Below, piece after piece: positions 1-10,167 of a stretch of DNA of 57,447 nucleotides. The notes below the pieces were generated by a model. That model ran no database searches and was not told where the DNA came from. It worked only from the letters and a program-made list of their open reading frames with translations. Within the stretch, counting starts at the first letter, position 1. Every line of letters begins with the position of its first letter. A program made the translations under genes and the position numbers. Source of the DNA: an uncultured Eubacteriales bacterium (lineage in GTDB: Bacteria > Bacillota > Clostridia > Christensenellales > CAG-138); the NCBI GenBank assembly GCA_900318765.1, contig ONLX01000025.1:1-57447 (forward strand). Reading direction: 5' to 3'.

Positions 1-2
1 GA

Positions 3-36
3 AAAAGCACAGACGATCAAAACCGTCTGTGCTTTT
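3..36. terminator. Intrinsic terminator (hairpin flanked by A/T runs)
   Basis: AAAAGCACAGACG-loop-CGTCTGTGCTTTT inverted repeat downstream of the minus-strand methyltransferase. Confidence 0.75.
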
Positions 37-118
37 AAAAATACCCCTTGACAGAACGTCATTGACCGCGCGGTTTGCGTGATCGGTGCAGTTTTGTTGT
101 GTCAGCCGTTCGAAAGGA

Positions 119-958
119 TCAATCCTCCTTATCAAACTCCATCCGAACAATCTGCATCTTCATAAATCCGTCGCCGAGCTTTGCCAAAAGCCGGAATACC
201 CCCGGCACCGACGGATCCTTTAGATCGTTGTACCCCAGCATATAGCCGCGGCTTGTGATTGCTGCGCCGTTCATCCACGCAAGATCATCAAGCCGATTCA
301 CTGCAAAATAGTCCGAAATGCTTGTAATCCCGGCATCCTTGACCCAGGTTTTCAGCATGATCTTCACCGCGCGTTTGTTCGCTGTGTCAAATACAAGCCG
401 CCCTCCGGGAAAGCGCTTTGCCATCGCAGGGAACAGCTTTTTGAGATCGTCCGTTTTGAAATAATAGAATACACCCGCCGCCATCAGGCAGACGCCGTTT
501 GCCGCATCGATCGTATCCATCCAGGACGGATCATTGAGATCGCAACCGAGATTTCGTACACGCTCGCTTTCGGGCAGCACCTGATTGCGCACCGCGATCA
601 CATCCGGCAAATCGATATTGACGATGCGGCACAGCCCGTTGTCGACATTCTCCGCCGTCTGATCGAGTCCGCAGCCGAGGTTCACAAGCGTCGCGTTCGG
701 ATGATTTTTAAGATAGTCTCTCATCTCGGTCATCAGATCGTTTTCACGCATGGCGACTTCCAACGCGCCGAATTGATACGCCATGCGATTCGCCTGCTTT
801 TCAAGCCCCGAAAAGTCATAGTCGATCCGTTCGATCAGCTCCACCGCCTTATCGTCCCGAAACAGGTTCGGGAAACGCTCCGTGCACATCTTGCGCCCAT
901 ACAGCGGAATCACCAATGTTTCCTGCACCGTGTTGTGCTCGATCCTGATCTTTGTCAC
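119..958 (-). CDS. Class I SAM-dependent methyltransferase (leucine carboxyl methyltransferase/TcmP-like)
   Basis: VQETLVIPLYGR N-terminus and VNLGCGLD SAM motif I; GTG start at 958 overlaps the upstream stop and follows AAGGAGG. Confidence 0.85.
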   Translation of the reverse strand: MTKIRIEHNTVQETLVIPLYGRKMCTERFPNLFRDDKAVELIERIDYDFSGLEKQANRMAYQFGALEVAMRENDLMTEMRDYLKNHPNATLVNLGCGLDQTAENVDNGLCRIVNIDLPDVIAVRNQVLPESERVRNLGCDLNDPSWMDTIDAANGVCLMAAGVFYYFKTDDLKKLFPAMAKRFPGGRLVFDTANKRAVKIMLKTWVKDAGITSISDYFAVNRLDDLAWMNGAAITSRGYMLGYNDLKDPSVPGVFRLLAKLGDGFMKMQIVRMEFDKED

Positions 959-1866
959 GCCATTGCCTCCTTCATCCTCCGTACCATCCAATCCCAGCCA
1001 TCCTTCGCTTCCTTCACGATCGGAAACACCGGATAGCAATGGAACATCCCTTCGCCGACGATCATTTCATACTCGACACCGTACCGCTGCATCGCCGCTT
1101 CGAACGACGGCGCGCAGGCGTAAAGTGTTTCGTCACTTCCGTAGTTGAACGTCACGTAAGGACAGTCGGTAAAATCCCCCTTCTGCAGCCAGATCATGTA
1201 TTCCGGAACGCTGTCGTCGCCGTGCCGCATGATCTCCTCCGCCGTTTTCATATACTGCACGGGAATTGCGACATCCTTCTTGTCGAGCTCCTGCATCCGC
1301 GCCCACTCCTCCTCGGTCGCAACGCACGTTCCGGGAGACAGTGTCATGATATAGTGCGGCATCGGCGCAGGGTGTCCGTCACGGATATACGGCACCATAC
1401 CGAGCGCAAGGTTCCCGCCGGAGAAGGTACCGAGCAAGGAAATATGATCCGCATCATAGTCCTTCAGCATCGCAAGATAGGTCGCGTAAATCATCTCGTA
1501 CGCCTTCGTCAGCGGATAGTCCGTGCAAAGCGGGTAATACGGAATGAGCAGATCGAGCCCCGTCTCCTTTGCAAAGCGCAGCGCTTTCTTGACCGAACCG
1601 GGTCTTGGCGCGGAGATCATTCCCCCGCCGATGATGAAAAGGCATGCCCGATCCGTCTTCTGTTTGTGAATCAGCTTCAGCACGGGACAGCCCTGTATCT
1701 CGATCCGGTCGATCTCGAACGCGTCATCCTTCAACAGCGGAATTCGGTTCTTTGCGTTTTGCTTTCTGCGGTTTTCCAAAAGCTCTTCCGTGCTTTTGGA
1801 AAGCCAACGGTTTTTGATTCCCGCCGCCTGAACAAGCCGCTTCAGTATTTCATATGGAATGGACAT
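955..1866 (-). CDS. Alpha/beta hydrolase fold protein (HSL-like esterase) with a substituted nucleophile motif
   Basis: IIGGG oxyanion-like motif, GTFSGGNLA elbow, GMFHCYP His motif; ATG at 1866 after GGAGG. Confidence 0.8.
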   Translation of the reverse strand: MSIPYEILKRLVQAAGIKNRWLSKSTEELLENRRKQNAKNRIPLLKDDAFEIDRIEIQGCPVLKLIHKQKTDRACLFIIGGGMISAPRPGSVKKALRFAKETGLDLLIPYYPLCTDYPLTKAYEMIYATYLAMLKDYDADHISLLGTFSGGNLALGMVPYIRDGHPAPMPHYIMTLSPGTCVATEEEWARMQELDKKDVAIPVQYMKTAEEIMRHGDDSVPEYMIWLQKGDFTDCPYVTFNYGSDETLYACAPSFEAAMQRYGVEYEMIVGEGMFHCYPVFPIVKEAKDGWDWMVRRMKEAMA

Positions 1867-1953
1867 CGGTCGCCTCCCGTTTGATAAAGGTTTGTTCCTC
1901 CTGGCCACCGCCCTGATCGAAATCGGTTCAATGACCACATCGTCCGAACGGCA

Positions 1954-2005
1954 GTTAGTTAGTATTAACTAACCATATCCTATCATATCTTTTGGAAAAA
2001 GTCCA
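1954..2005 (-). promoter_or_regulatory. Sigma-A promoter (TGGACT-17-TAGGAT, extended -10) with a palindromic operator at about +1
   Basis: -35 at 2000-2005, -10 at 1977-1982; GTTAGTTA-gtat-TAACTAAC perfect 8-bp inverted repeat at 1954-1973. Confidence 0.6.
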
Positions 2006-2073
2006 TAGCACGCCGTTCTTTTTTTCCTGCATAAAACGAAAAAAGTGCGTGAAATGCGCAATAAAGCGTATAG

Positions 2074-2786
2074 ACAAGGGAACGCCTGCAATCCTCCGTC
2101 GGAGAAGCGAGCGCGAAGCCGACCGACGCAGACATAACGAAAGAAGCGACCGCTGTTCCGACGGATACGCCCGTCCCTACGGAAACGCCCGTACCGCTCC
2201 CTCCGGAAGAGGAGGATCGACTGATCCGGGACGCCATGCAGGCAGATGATTTTGCTCAAGGCGACAAGCTTGCTGTGATCACAGCTGTCCCCGACGGATT
2301 TCAGTATTCCTTCCATGGGGCCTGGTTGCCGGACGAGCTGCGCGCCCAAACGCCTGAAGAAATCGGCGCATTCCTCCATTTTTCGTTCTATAAAGGTCAA
2401 GCGGATAGCGTGGAATTGGAAGAGGCGGCGCCTGTTCAGTTGTTCGGACTGTATCTGAGCGCATTGATCGACACCTGGTGTCCTATTGAGGAAGTTGATG
2501 GCAGTACGGTCTCTCCTATTCCAGCACATGGGGAAGTGCCACTGCGGAATACAACGACGTCGGCAAAGTAGCAATACCGTTCGAAACGATTAAGGTCAAG
2601 GTTTTGGAGGCCGCCACCGGCAAGGAGCTCGGTTCGTTCAGCTCCACGGCAAGCGTTCCTTGGTTTATCTCTACGGTGGACGGGAATCCCGTAATCGTCG
2701 ATGTAGAGGTCAGCGAGAATGCACTCTCATACGACATCCAAAATGTCTTCAAAAAGCGAGGCATTCCCTGGGTCTTCGGCGACTGA
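2074..2786 (+). pseudogene. Probable pseudogene of a secreted or surface protein with a Pro/Thr-rich linker
   Basis: Frame is open from 2074 (..ATAVPTDTPVPTETPVP..) with no start or signal peptide; protein-like sequence switches frame near 2497 and continues to TGA 2786; terminator follows. Confidence 0.5.
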
Positions 2787-2796
2787 CCGTAATAGA

Positions 2797-2826
2797 AAAA
2801 AAGACCTCCGGACGGAGGTCTTTTTT
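2797..2826 (+). terminator. Intrinsic terminator
   Basis: AAAAAAGACCTCCG-GA-CGGAGGTCTTTTTT. Confidence 0.8.
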
Positions 2827-3101
2827 CGTGTCATGAAATCCATCTCGCCGTTCCATGTCAATCGTCTCTGCAATAACGTCATCCGGCTGCAGGGCAAATT
2901 GTAAAGTCCCGGACCGACCGCAGAAAATCAACATCGGAATCCTTTTACTTACAGCGCATATCGCCGAGCGTAACATCCTATATGCAGGTACATTGTGTCT
3001 GCTTTTTCATCCGGAAAGATGCTCAAAACAAGCGAAGCGAGCAATAAATCGTGCGGGCATAGAGGCAATTGATCGTAATCGAAAGAAGATTCGTTTTTTG
3101 T

Positions 3102-3130
3102 TTGACGGGGTGCAGTATCTATCGTATAAT
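3102..3130 (+). promoter_or_regulatory. Sigma-A promoter TTGACG-17-TATAAT
   Basis: Near-consensus hexamers with a 17-bp spacer, upstream of GGAGG and ATG 3177. Confidence 0.75.
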
Positions 3131-3176
3131 CAAAGCAGAAGCAACTTCGAAGGATGCACGATCGGGAGGTACAAGC

Positions 3177-3839
3177 ATGAAATACGGAGAGTCGACCTTT
3201 GATATTCTGTATCTGATCTTTGCCGTCACGACAGGGATCGTAATCCTCTGTAAAAGAAAGGACCGCATCGGAGCGCTCATGGGCTCTGCCGTTCTGATTC
3301 TCGGATGCGGAGATGCCTTTCATCTTGTCCCCCGCGTACTCAACTATTTCATAGATGCCGATTTTACGGCATGGCTTGGCATCGGCAAACTGGTAACGTC
3401 CGTTACGATGACCGTTTTCTATCTGCTTTTGTACCGTCTTTGGCTGCGCGTTTACGTCCGGAAGGAAAACAAGTCGCTCAGCAGCATCGTCTATGCGCTT
3501 GTGGCGATCCGTATTCTTCTCTGCCTTTTGCCGCAGAACGGTTGGCTGCAGAACGACAGCTCCGTGCTCTGGGGAACGATTCGCAACATCCCGTTTGTCG
3601 TGCTCGGGATCCTCGTCATCTGTCTCTTCTTCCGCACGAGAAAACAGATTCCTGTGTTCCGTTTCGTCTGGCTGCTGATTACGCTGTCGTTTCTCTTCTA
3701 CATTCCGGTTGCCGTTGCGGCAAGCCTCGTGCCGATGCTCGGTATGCTGATGTTGCCGAAAACCATTTGTTATATGATTCTGATCGCGCTGTTTTGGAAG
3801 TACGCATGCGCGTCAAATACCGAAACCGCTCAAGCATAA
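3177..3839 (+). CDS. Conserved multi-pass membrane protein of unknown function
   Basis: About 7 hydrophobic segments, GDAFHLVPR motif; GGAGG RBS before ATG 3177. Confidence 0.8.
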   Translation: MKYGESTFDILYLIFAVTTGIVILCKRKDRIGALMGSAVLILGCGDAFHLVPRVLNYFIDADFTAWLGIGKLVTSVTMTVFYLLLYRLWLRVYVRKENKSLSSIVYALVAIRILLCLLPQNGWLQNDSSVLWGTIRNIPFVVLGILVICLFFRTRKQIPVFRFVWLLITLSFLFYIPVAVAASLVPMLGMLMLPKTICYMILIALFWKYACASNTETAQA

Positions 3840-3909
3840 AGATAGCACCTGAACAAAAAAGCAACGGACGCGGCTGGTTCCGCGTCCGTTGTTCTCTTTG
3901 ATGCGAGCG

Positions 3910-4386
3910 TTACGATTCGGTCACGATTTTTCCGGTGATCTGTTCCGGCACAAGCGCAAACAGCAGCGTTCTTTTGAGATGCTGCGCAATCTCCTTCTCA
4001 ATATAGGCTTCATCATCGGTAAACTTGTGACTGAGCTTTGTCGCAATATCGATGATCGTCTCCCGGTCCGTTATAAGCTCAATACGGCCGAATACGATCA
4101 CCGAGCGAATACGAAGCGCCCATTCGCCTTCCTCCCGGACACCCCGGTCATACACGCAGAACGACGCCTTATCGCAGCGTCGGATCGCGTCGATCTTATG
4201 GCCGATTTTACCGCTGTGGAAGTACAGCTTGCCGTCCGCTTCGCAATAGTAATGGTTCAGCGGCATTCCGTACGGATACCCATCGTCCCCGAGCACCGAC
4301 AGGACGCCGCGCAGCTCCTGCTGCAAAATCGCAACGCATTCCGCCTCCGGAAGCTGTTGCTTTGTACGCTGCATTGTTCGAAACAT
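3910..4386 (-). CDS. Pyridoxamine 5'-phosphate oxidase family / NimA-like flavin-binding protein
   Basis: MFRxMxRxKQQL start, GVLSV..GYPYGMPL, LYFHS..GHK, SFCV and RSVIVFG motifs. Confidence 0.85.
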   Translation of the reverse strand: MFRTMQRTKQQLPEAECVAILQQELRGVLSVLGDDGYPYGMPLNHYYCEADGKLYFHSGKIGHKIDAIRRCDKASFCVYDRGVREEGEWALRIRSVIVFGRIELITDRETIIDIATKLSHKFTDDEAYIEKEIAQHLKRTLLFALVPEQITGKIVTES

Positions 4387-4419
4387 CCGATCTCCTTCCG
4401 AGCAGGAAAACTGCGTTCC

Positions 4420-4968
4420 CTACTTCCGCTCCTCCCTGTTCTGTGCCTGTAACAGCGCATTGGCCCGTTTCAGAATCGGCAGCTCCCGATTGGCAAGAAG
4501 CCGGCCGAGCGGCGTACACGCCCGAAGCGCATACTCCTTCACTGCGTCCTCATACCCCAGTCGCAGCGTCGATAAATGAAAGCATTCGATTTCATCCTGC
4601 ATCAGATGCGTTTCCCCGAATCGAACCGCTCTGCAGAGAAAATAATGGTTCAGATTGTGGCGATGGATCAAGTTGTAATAATCGCTGACCGTTCCGATCT
4701 TGCAGAGGATCTCCACGCTTGCGCCGAGCTCCTCCCGAAGCTCGCGTCGGATCGCCGTGTGCAAATCCTCCCCCTCTTCTACCCCGCCTCCGGACGTTTC
4801 GATCAAAGTTGCCCTTCCGAACGCGTCGTCGCGTTCCACGCGAACAAAGTAATAGGAGCCTTCCTCGTCCACGACGATCGCGCGCACGATCTGCCGGTCA
4901 TGGTCGATCCCGGTGTCCGGCCATTCCGTATCCTGTAACGCAATCTGCAGTTGTTCCGGTTCGTTCAT
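4420..4968 (-). CDS. NUDIX hydrolase
   Basis: Nudix box GGVEEGEDLHTAIRRELREELG; start 4968 (after GGAG) or 4989. Confidence 0.9.
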   Translation of the reverse strand: MNEPEQLQIALQDTEWPDTGIDHDRQIVRAIVVDEEGSYYFVRVERDDAFGRATLIETSGGGVEEGEDLHTAIRRELREELGASVEILCKIGTVSDYYNLIHRHNLNHYFLCRAVRFGETHLMQDEIECFHLSTLRLGYEDAVKEYALRACTPLGRLLANRELPILKRANALLQAQNREERK

Positions 4969-4975
4969 ATCGCTG

Positions 4976-6613
4976 TTACTCCGCTCCATCCGGCTGTTTT
5001 CCGTTGTATTCCAAACACAGCATGGTCAGATCATCGAACTGTTCCGCGTCCAAAACGAACCCATCCACCGCCGCGCGAACGTTTTTCAGCACCTGCTGCG
5101 GATGCGCTTGCGGCTCCCGGTTCAGCGCTTGCAGCATCCGATCCGTTCCGAACATATTCCCTTCGGCATCGGTCGCCTCCGGAACGCCGTCGGTATACAG
5201 GAACAACCGCGCGCCGGGCTGCAGCGTCAGCTCATATTCGCGATAGCGAACGCCCTCCATTCCGCCGACAACAAATCCATGCCGATCCTTCAGCAGCTCA
5301 TACGCGCCATCCGGCTGTCGGATGACCGGGTATTCATGGCCCGCATTCGCCGCCGTGATCTTTCCGGTAGAAATCTCCAGAATTCCCACCCAGACCGTAA
5401 CGAACATCTGTACCTGATTGCTGTCGCAGATCGCCTCATTCGTCCGATACAGGATTTCTGAAGCGGAGCGCCCGAGCCGGGCGCAGCTTTGCAGAATGAT
5501 TTTGGACGCCATCATGAACAGGGCAGCCGGAACGCCTTTCCCGGAAACATCCGCAATCACGAGGCAGAGATGATCCTCGTCGATCAAAAAATAATCATAG
5601 AAATCCCCGCCGACTTCCTTCGCAGGATCCATCGACGCATAAAGATCAAACTCGTTCCGGTTGGGGAACGGCGGGAATGTATGCGGCAACATGCTTTCCT
5701 GAATCGAGGTCGCAAGCTGCAGCTCCGTACCGATGCGCTCCCGTTCGGCCGTGAGCGTCGTCAGATTCGTCACATAATGCACCATATCCGTTTCCATCTT
5801 ATCGATGGATGCGGCCAGATTGGAGATCTCTTCGATTCTGCTGATCGTTCCGAGCGGTTCTTCTTTGGTGTTCTCCTTTGCAAACCGAGTCGCCTCATCG
5901 GAAACGCGCTTAACAGGCCCTACCACCTGTTTGTTGAGGAACACGGCGATGAATCCTCCCGCCAATGCCGCCATCAGGAATGTGGAGATTGCAATCCGCA
6001 CGAGGAACGGACGCCGCGCGTCGTTGAGTTCCCGCGCGGGCCGCTGGATGCACAGAATGCCGACAACGTAGTCCGTCGAATCCTTTACCGGCACAAGAGT
6101 TGTTACATGCGGATGCTGCCCGTCCGTCGGATACGTGCGATAGATGGTTTCATACGCCGCTTCCTTCCGATAGAGCGCTTCGTATTTTTGCCGGTATTCT
6201 GCATTGGTCGTATCGCGTTGATGCCCGAGTTCCCAAGGCGTATACTCCGTGTTGTCGACCGAATTGTTCACCAAATTGAAAACGGATACGAACCGTCCGT
6301 AATCGCTTGTATCGGGAATAATCACGTAAATCAGCGAAACGTTCATCTTTCCGCAATACACATCGAGGCGTGCTTTGGTTTGCGCATACTCCTCGGCATA
6401 TTCCCCGGAAACATAGGAAGCAAGATGATCCCCATTGACCAGCACCGCCGCGGTTTGCGCCATATGGAAGGTTGAGGTCGAATACTCCTGTTGAAATGCG
6501 TCGGTAAAGCTCATAAGACCGATCGAGCTGACAACCATGCCGAACAGCACAAGCGTAAACGCAATCGCTCCGATGATATTGACCGCCATGCGGTATTGTT
6601 TTTTGGGCAGCAT
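4976..6613 (-). CDS. Membrane PP2C/SpoIIE-family (RsbU-like) Ser phosphatase with sensor and HAMP domains
   Basis: Two TM segments, HAMP-like linker, GGDFYD, IADVSGKGVPAAL, YTDGVPEA and QFDDLT motifs. Confidence 0.92.
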   Translation of the reverse strand: MLPKKQYRMAVNIIGAIAFTLVLFGMVVSSIGLMSFTDAFQQEYSTSTFHMAQTAAVLVNGDHLASYVSGEYAEEYAQTKARLDVYCGKMNVSLIYVIIPDTSDYGRFVSVFNLVNNSVDNTEYTPWELGHQRDTTNAEYRQKYEALYRKEAAYETIYRTYPTDGQHPHVTTLVPVKDSTDYVVGILCIQRPARELNDARRPFLVRIAISTFLMAALAGGFIAVFLNKQVVGPVKRVSDEATRFAKENTKEEPLGTISRIEEISNLAASIDKMETDMVHYVTNLTTLTAERERIGTELQLATSIQESMLPHTFPPFPNRNEFDLYASMDPAKEVGGDFYDYFLIDEDHLCLVIADVSGKGVPAALFMMASKIILQSCARLGRSASEILYRTNEAICDSNQVQMFVTVWVGILEISTGKITAANAGHEYPVIRQPDGAYELLKDRHGFVVGGMEGVRYREYELTLQPGARLFLYTDGVPEATDAEGNMFGTDRMLQALNREPQAHPQQVLKNVRAAVDGFVLDAEQFDDLTMLCLEYNGKQPDGAE

Positions 6614-6720
6614 CCTGATCGTCTCCTTCTTTGGATTCGGTTCCCATCGCCTATCCGTATGTCGGTATCATATCAAAAAACCAATCGGAATTCAACCTGC
6701 TTTCCCGGTTTTCCCCACAA

Positions 6721-6753
6721 AAAAGAACAGGCCGAAACGGATTTGGCCTGTTC
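6721..6753 (-). terminator. Intrinsic terminator after ygeW
   Basis: GAACAGGCC..GGCCTGTTC stem followed by a T-run on the minus strand. Confidence 0.7.
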
Positions 6754-6768
6754 ACAAAGGAATTGCTT

Positions 6769-7992
6769 CTATGCTTCGCCGCCTTCCCAGCGCTTTTGGC
6801 CGCGGGCTTCGAGCTCCAGCAGCGTCTTTTGCGGGTTCTTGACCTTCGCAAGGAAGATCATCGCCGCAATGATGTACGGTTTGAACGACGCCTGTTTATA
6901 CAGCGGATCGCGATACCGATCGAAGACCGACGCGGCAACTTCGCCGGCCTCGCAGGAAACGTCGGTAATATCCGCGGGCAGGCAATGCAGATACAGCGCT
7001 TTGCCGTCCTTGGTGAGCTTCATCATCTCTTCGGTGCATTCCCAGTCCTTGTGTTCGGCGTTCTGGGCAAGCAGTCGTTTCTCCAGCGCGCGAATCCCCT
7101 CCAGGTCTCCGTTGCCGTACAGCTCGGTCCGTTCCTCCATCGCCTGATAGGGCGCCCATGACTTCGGATACACAATGTCCGCGTCCCGGAACGCTTCCTT
7201 CATATCGTGCGTGATCTTGAACGTTGCTCCGCTCTTCCGGCAATTCTCCTCGGCAACCTTCACGACATCGTCCATGATCTCATATCCTTCGGGATACGCC
7301 AGCGTCACATCCATGCCGAACCGTGTAAACAGTCCCGCAACGCCTTGCGGAACGGACAGCGGCTTCCCGTACGACGGGCTGTAGGCCCATGTCATTGCGA
7401 CCTTCTTGCCCTTGAGGTTTCGAATGGCCTCATCCAGGTCCTCGCTCCCGCCGAGCTCGTGAATGCAGTGCAGCATATCCGCCATGCACTGTGTCGGATG
7501 GTCGATATCGCATTGCAGGTTTACAAGCGTCGGCTTCTGTTCGAGGACGCCCGCCTTGTTGCCCTCGGTCACGGCGTTAACGACGTTGTGCATATACGTG
7601 TTGCCCTTGCCGATATACATGTCGTCCCGGATGCCGATGACGTCCGCCATGAACGAAATCATATTGGCCGTTTCACGCACGGTTTCCCCGTGCGCAATCT
7701 GGCTCTTGCCCTCATCCAGGTCCTGTACCTCCAATCCGAGCAGGTTGCACGCCGAAGCAAAGGAAAAGCGCGTCCGCGTCGAATTGTCGCGGAACAGGGA
7801 AATGCCGAGGCCGGAATCAAAGATCTTCGCGGAAATATTGTTCTCCCGCAGATGGCGCAGCGCATCCGCAACCGTGAACACCGCGGCAATCTCATCGTCG
7901 GTCTTCTCCCACGTCAGGAAAAAGTCCCCGTTGTACATCCGGTCGAACTTCAGCGTATCGAGTTTATCGGTAAATTGTTTGACGTTGCTCAT
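6769..7992 (-). CDS. ygeW: Knotted carbamoyltransferase YgeW
   Basis: FRDNSTRTRFSF, HPTQ, WAYSPSYGKPLSVPQG, YPKSWAP and HCLPADI motifs. Confidence 0.93.
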   Translation of the reverse strand: MSNVKQFTDKLDTLKFDRMYNGDFFLTWEKTDDEIAAVFTVADALRHLRENNISAKIFDSGLGISLFRDNSTRTRFSFASACNLLGLEVQDLDEGKSQIAHGETVRETANMISFMADVIGIRDDMYIGKGNTYMHNVVNAVTEGNKAGVLEQKPTLVNLQCDIDHPTQCMADMLHCIHELGGSEDLDEAIRNLKGKKVAMTWAYSPSYGKPLSVPQGVAGLFTRFGMDVTLAYPEGYEIMDDVVKVAEENCRKSGATFKITHDMKEAFRDADIVYPKSWAPYQAMEERTELYGNGDLEGIRALEKRLLAQNAEHKDWECTEEMMKLTKDGKALYLHCLPADITDVSCEAGEVAASVFDRYRDPLYKQASFKPYIIAAMIFLAKVKNPQKTLLELEARGQKRWEGGEA

Positions 7993-8001
7993 GAAACCCC
8001 C

Positions 8002-9378
8002 TCAATCGTTCGCAAATTTGGTGTTCGTTCTGCCCGCGCGGAACTCGGCGGCATCGACGCTCTTGTCCGCTTCAAGATAGAAATGCGGCGTCAGCGCATA
8101 GACTGCGGCGCAGGTGACCAGGTCCTGTTTCCACGTGATCTCATTCGGCGCGTGCGCCTGCGATTCCGCGCCGGGGCCGAAGCCTACGCACGGAATCCCA
8201 TACCGGCCCTGAATCGAAACGCCGTTCGTGGAGAATGTCCATTTATCGATCAACGGACGGTTTCTCAGGTGCATGGCACTCGGCGCGCCGATGCGCTGCT
8301 CTCCGAACAGCGCTTTGTGCGCGTTTGTAATCGCCTGTACGTGCGCAGCGTTCTCCTTGTTGATCCATGTCGGGAAATAGCATTCCGTTTCATACCGGAG
8401 TCCCGTCCATGCCGGCCGATCATACAGATACATCGAAACCTTCACATCGTCGCCGTACTTTTTGCAGGACGGAAGGTTCCGAATCTCCTCAAGGCACGAA
8501 TCCCACGTTTCGCCTGCGGTCATGCGGCGATCGAGTGAAACGGCGCAGGAATCCGCAACCGCGCAGCGCGACGGCGAGGTATAGAAAATCTGCGAGCAGG
8601 TAATCGTGCCTCTTCCGAGGAAGCGCGCATCTTCATAATGCGCTGGATTGTACTTCGGATCGAGCATCTTCACGAGGCCCTTGATCTCCTCGTCGTCGGA
8701 CGCGCCGTTTTCGTTCAGCGCACGCACTTCACGCAGAATATCCGCCATCTTGTAGATCGCATTGTCGCCGCGCTCCGGCGCAGAACCGTGGCACGAAACG
8801 CCGCGCACGTCCACGCGGATCTCCATTCTTCCGCGATGTCCGCGGTAGATGCCGCCGTCGGTCGGCTCGGTCGAAACGACAAACTCCGGTGTAATGCCGT
8901 CCTCCTTGTGGATGTACTGCCAGCAGAGTCCGTCGCAATCCTCCTCCTGCACGGTGGCGGTGACAAGGATCCGATACCCCTCGGGAATCAGATTCAGGTC
9001 CTTCATGATCTTTGCGCCGTAGATCGCGCTGACGACGCCGCCCTCCTGGTCGGAGCCTCCGCGTCCGTAGATAAGCTCGTCGGTCTCATACCCCTCGTAG
9101 GGATTTTGTTCCCAGTTGGCAAGGTTTCCGATGCCGACCGTGTCGATATGCCCGTCAAATGCGATGATCTTTTCTCCGGTTCCCATCCAGCCGAGCGCGT
9201 TGCCCTCCGGATCGATCTCCGCCTTGTCAAAGCCGAGCTTTTCCATCTCTGCGATAGTACGGCGAATGACGCCTTCCTCCTCGCAGCTTTCGCTCGGAAT
9301 GGCGATCAGATCGCGCAGGAACCGGGTCATGTCGGGAAGATATGCGGCTGCAGCCTGTTTGATTGCATGTACATCCAT
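8002..9378 (-). CDS. ygeY: YgeY-family M20 metallohydrolase (selenium/purine metabolism-linked)
   Basis: [44 protein letters not shown] and AHAPNE motifs; adjacent to ygeW. Confidence 0.92.
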   Translation of the reverse strand: MDVHAIKQAAAAYLPDMTRFLRDLIAIPSESCEEEGVIRRTIAEMEKLGFDKAEIDPEGNALGWMGTGEKIIAFDGHIDTVGIGNLANWEQNPYEGYETDELIYGRGGSDQEGGVVSAIYGAKIMKDLNLIPEGYRILVTATVQEEDCDGLCWQYIHKEDGITPEFVVSTEPTDGGIYRGHRGRMEIRVDVRGVSCHGSAPERGDNAIYKMADILREVRALNENGASDDEEIKGLVKMLDPKYNPAHYEDARFLGRGTITCSQIFYTSPSRCAVADSCAVSLDRRMTAGETWDSCLEEIRNLPSCKKYGDDVKVSMYLYDRPAWTGLRYETECYFPTWINKENAAHVQAITNAHKALFGEQRIGAPSAMHLRNRPLIDKWTFSTNGVSIQGRYGIPCVGFGPGAESQAHAPNEITWKQDLVTCAAVYALTPHFYLEADKSVDAAEFRAGRTNTKFAND

Positions 9379-9406
9379 AGCGTCTTTCCTTTCTGCATCG
9401 AAAAAT

Positions 9407-10045
9407 TTATTGTTCATCCGAAGTTTTGGCGTCAATATAGGAATAGAGCGTGTATTTGCTGATGCCGAAATACTTCGACACCTTATCGCCGCTTCGCGTG
9501 ACCAAGAATGCGCCCGCCTTGTTGAGGAACCGGATCGCGCGGATCTTATCGTCCTTGGTCATCATCGCGACGGGTTTGCCGACCTGCGCCGCCGCCTGCT
9601 CAATCAGATCGTCCAGCAGATCGTTGACCGAAATCGGAATCCGTTCCGGCATTGCGGGCTCGTTCTTGTGGTGCAGAATCGAATCGATTGCGCGCTCCGC
9701 CATCAACAGCTCCGTGATATCGTAATTGATGGAAAGAACGCCTTCGAGCTTCCCGTCCGCATCCCGCAAATACATCGTCGAGGATTTGAGGATTCTGCCG
9801 TCGTGCGTCTTCATCAGGTACCCCGCGCTGTCCTGCAGCTCCTCCGGATGCTCGGTATGCAACGCTTCCAATACGATGCGGCTCGGCCCGTCCCCGACCT
9901 TCCGGTGCGTCACATGCCCGTTCTCGATCACCGCAATTGTGTGATCCATGTCTTCCCCGCTCAGATCGTGAACGACGATCTCGCAGTTGTTCCCGAACTG
10001 CTGTGCGAGTGTGGAAGCGAGCCGTTTGTAGAATTCCAATTGCAT
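9407..10045 (-). CDS. YheO/DauR-like PAS + HTH transcriptional regulator
   Basis: [29 protein letters not shown] and [26 protein letters not shown]. Confidence 0.9.
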   Translation of the reverse strand: MQLEFYKRLASTLAQQFGNNCEIVVHDLSGEDMDHTIAVIENGHVTHRKVGDGPSRIVLEALHTEHPEELQDSAGYLMKTHDGRILKSSTMYLRDADGKLEGVLSINYDITELLMAERAIDSILHHKNEPAMPERIPISVNDLLDDLIEQAAAQVGKPVAMMTKDDKIRAIRFLNKAGAFLVTRSGDKVSKYFGISKYTLYSYIDAKTSDEQ

Positions 10046-10080
10046 CTCCGTTCCCCTTTCCCCATACCATTCCTGTTTCT

Positions 10081-10109
10081 ATTATAAGAACTTTTTCCTC
10101 CCGTGGCAA
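10081..10109 (-). promoter_or_regulatory. Sigma-A promoter TTGCCA-17-TATAAT for the YheO-ygeY-ygeW unit
   Basis: Hexamers at 10104-10109 and 10081-10086. Confidence 0.65.
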
Positions 10110-10167
10110 GGGGAAATCCAAAATTATTTTTAGCTTTCGAAAATATTTTTGGATTTTGCGGAAGGGG

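Noticed and set aside
40-118. Possible structured RNA between the methyltransferase stop and the terminator
   Set aside because: Only short stems (TGACA/TGTCA, ACCG/CGGT) and no recognisable riboswitch or ncRNA consensus.
2749-2976. 75-aa minus-strand ORF, possibly an HTH remnant
   Set aside because: No RBS, runs through a terminator, and only a vague motif resemblance.
3910-4386. Acquired metronidazole-resistance nim gene
   Set aside because: The family is widespread, there is no IS or mobile context, and resistance cannot be inferred from motifs.
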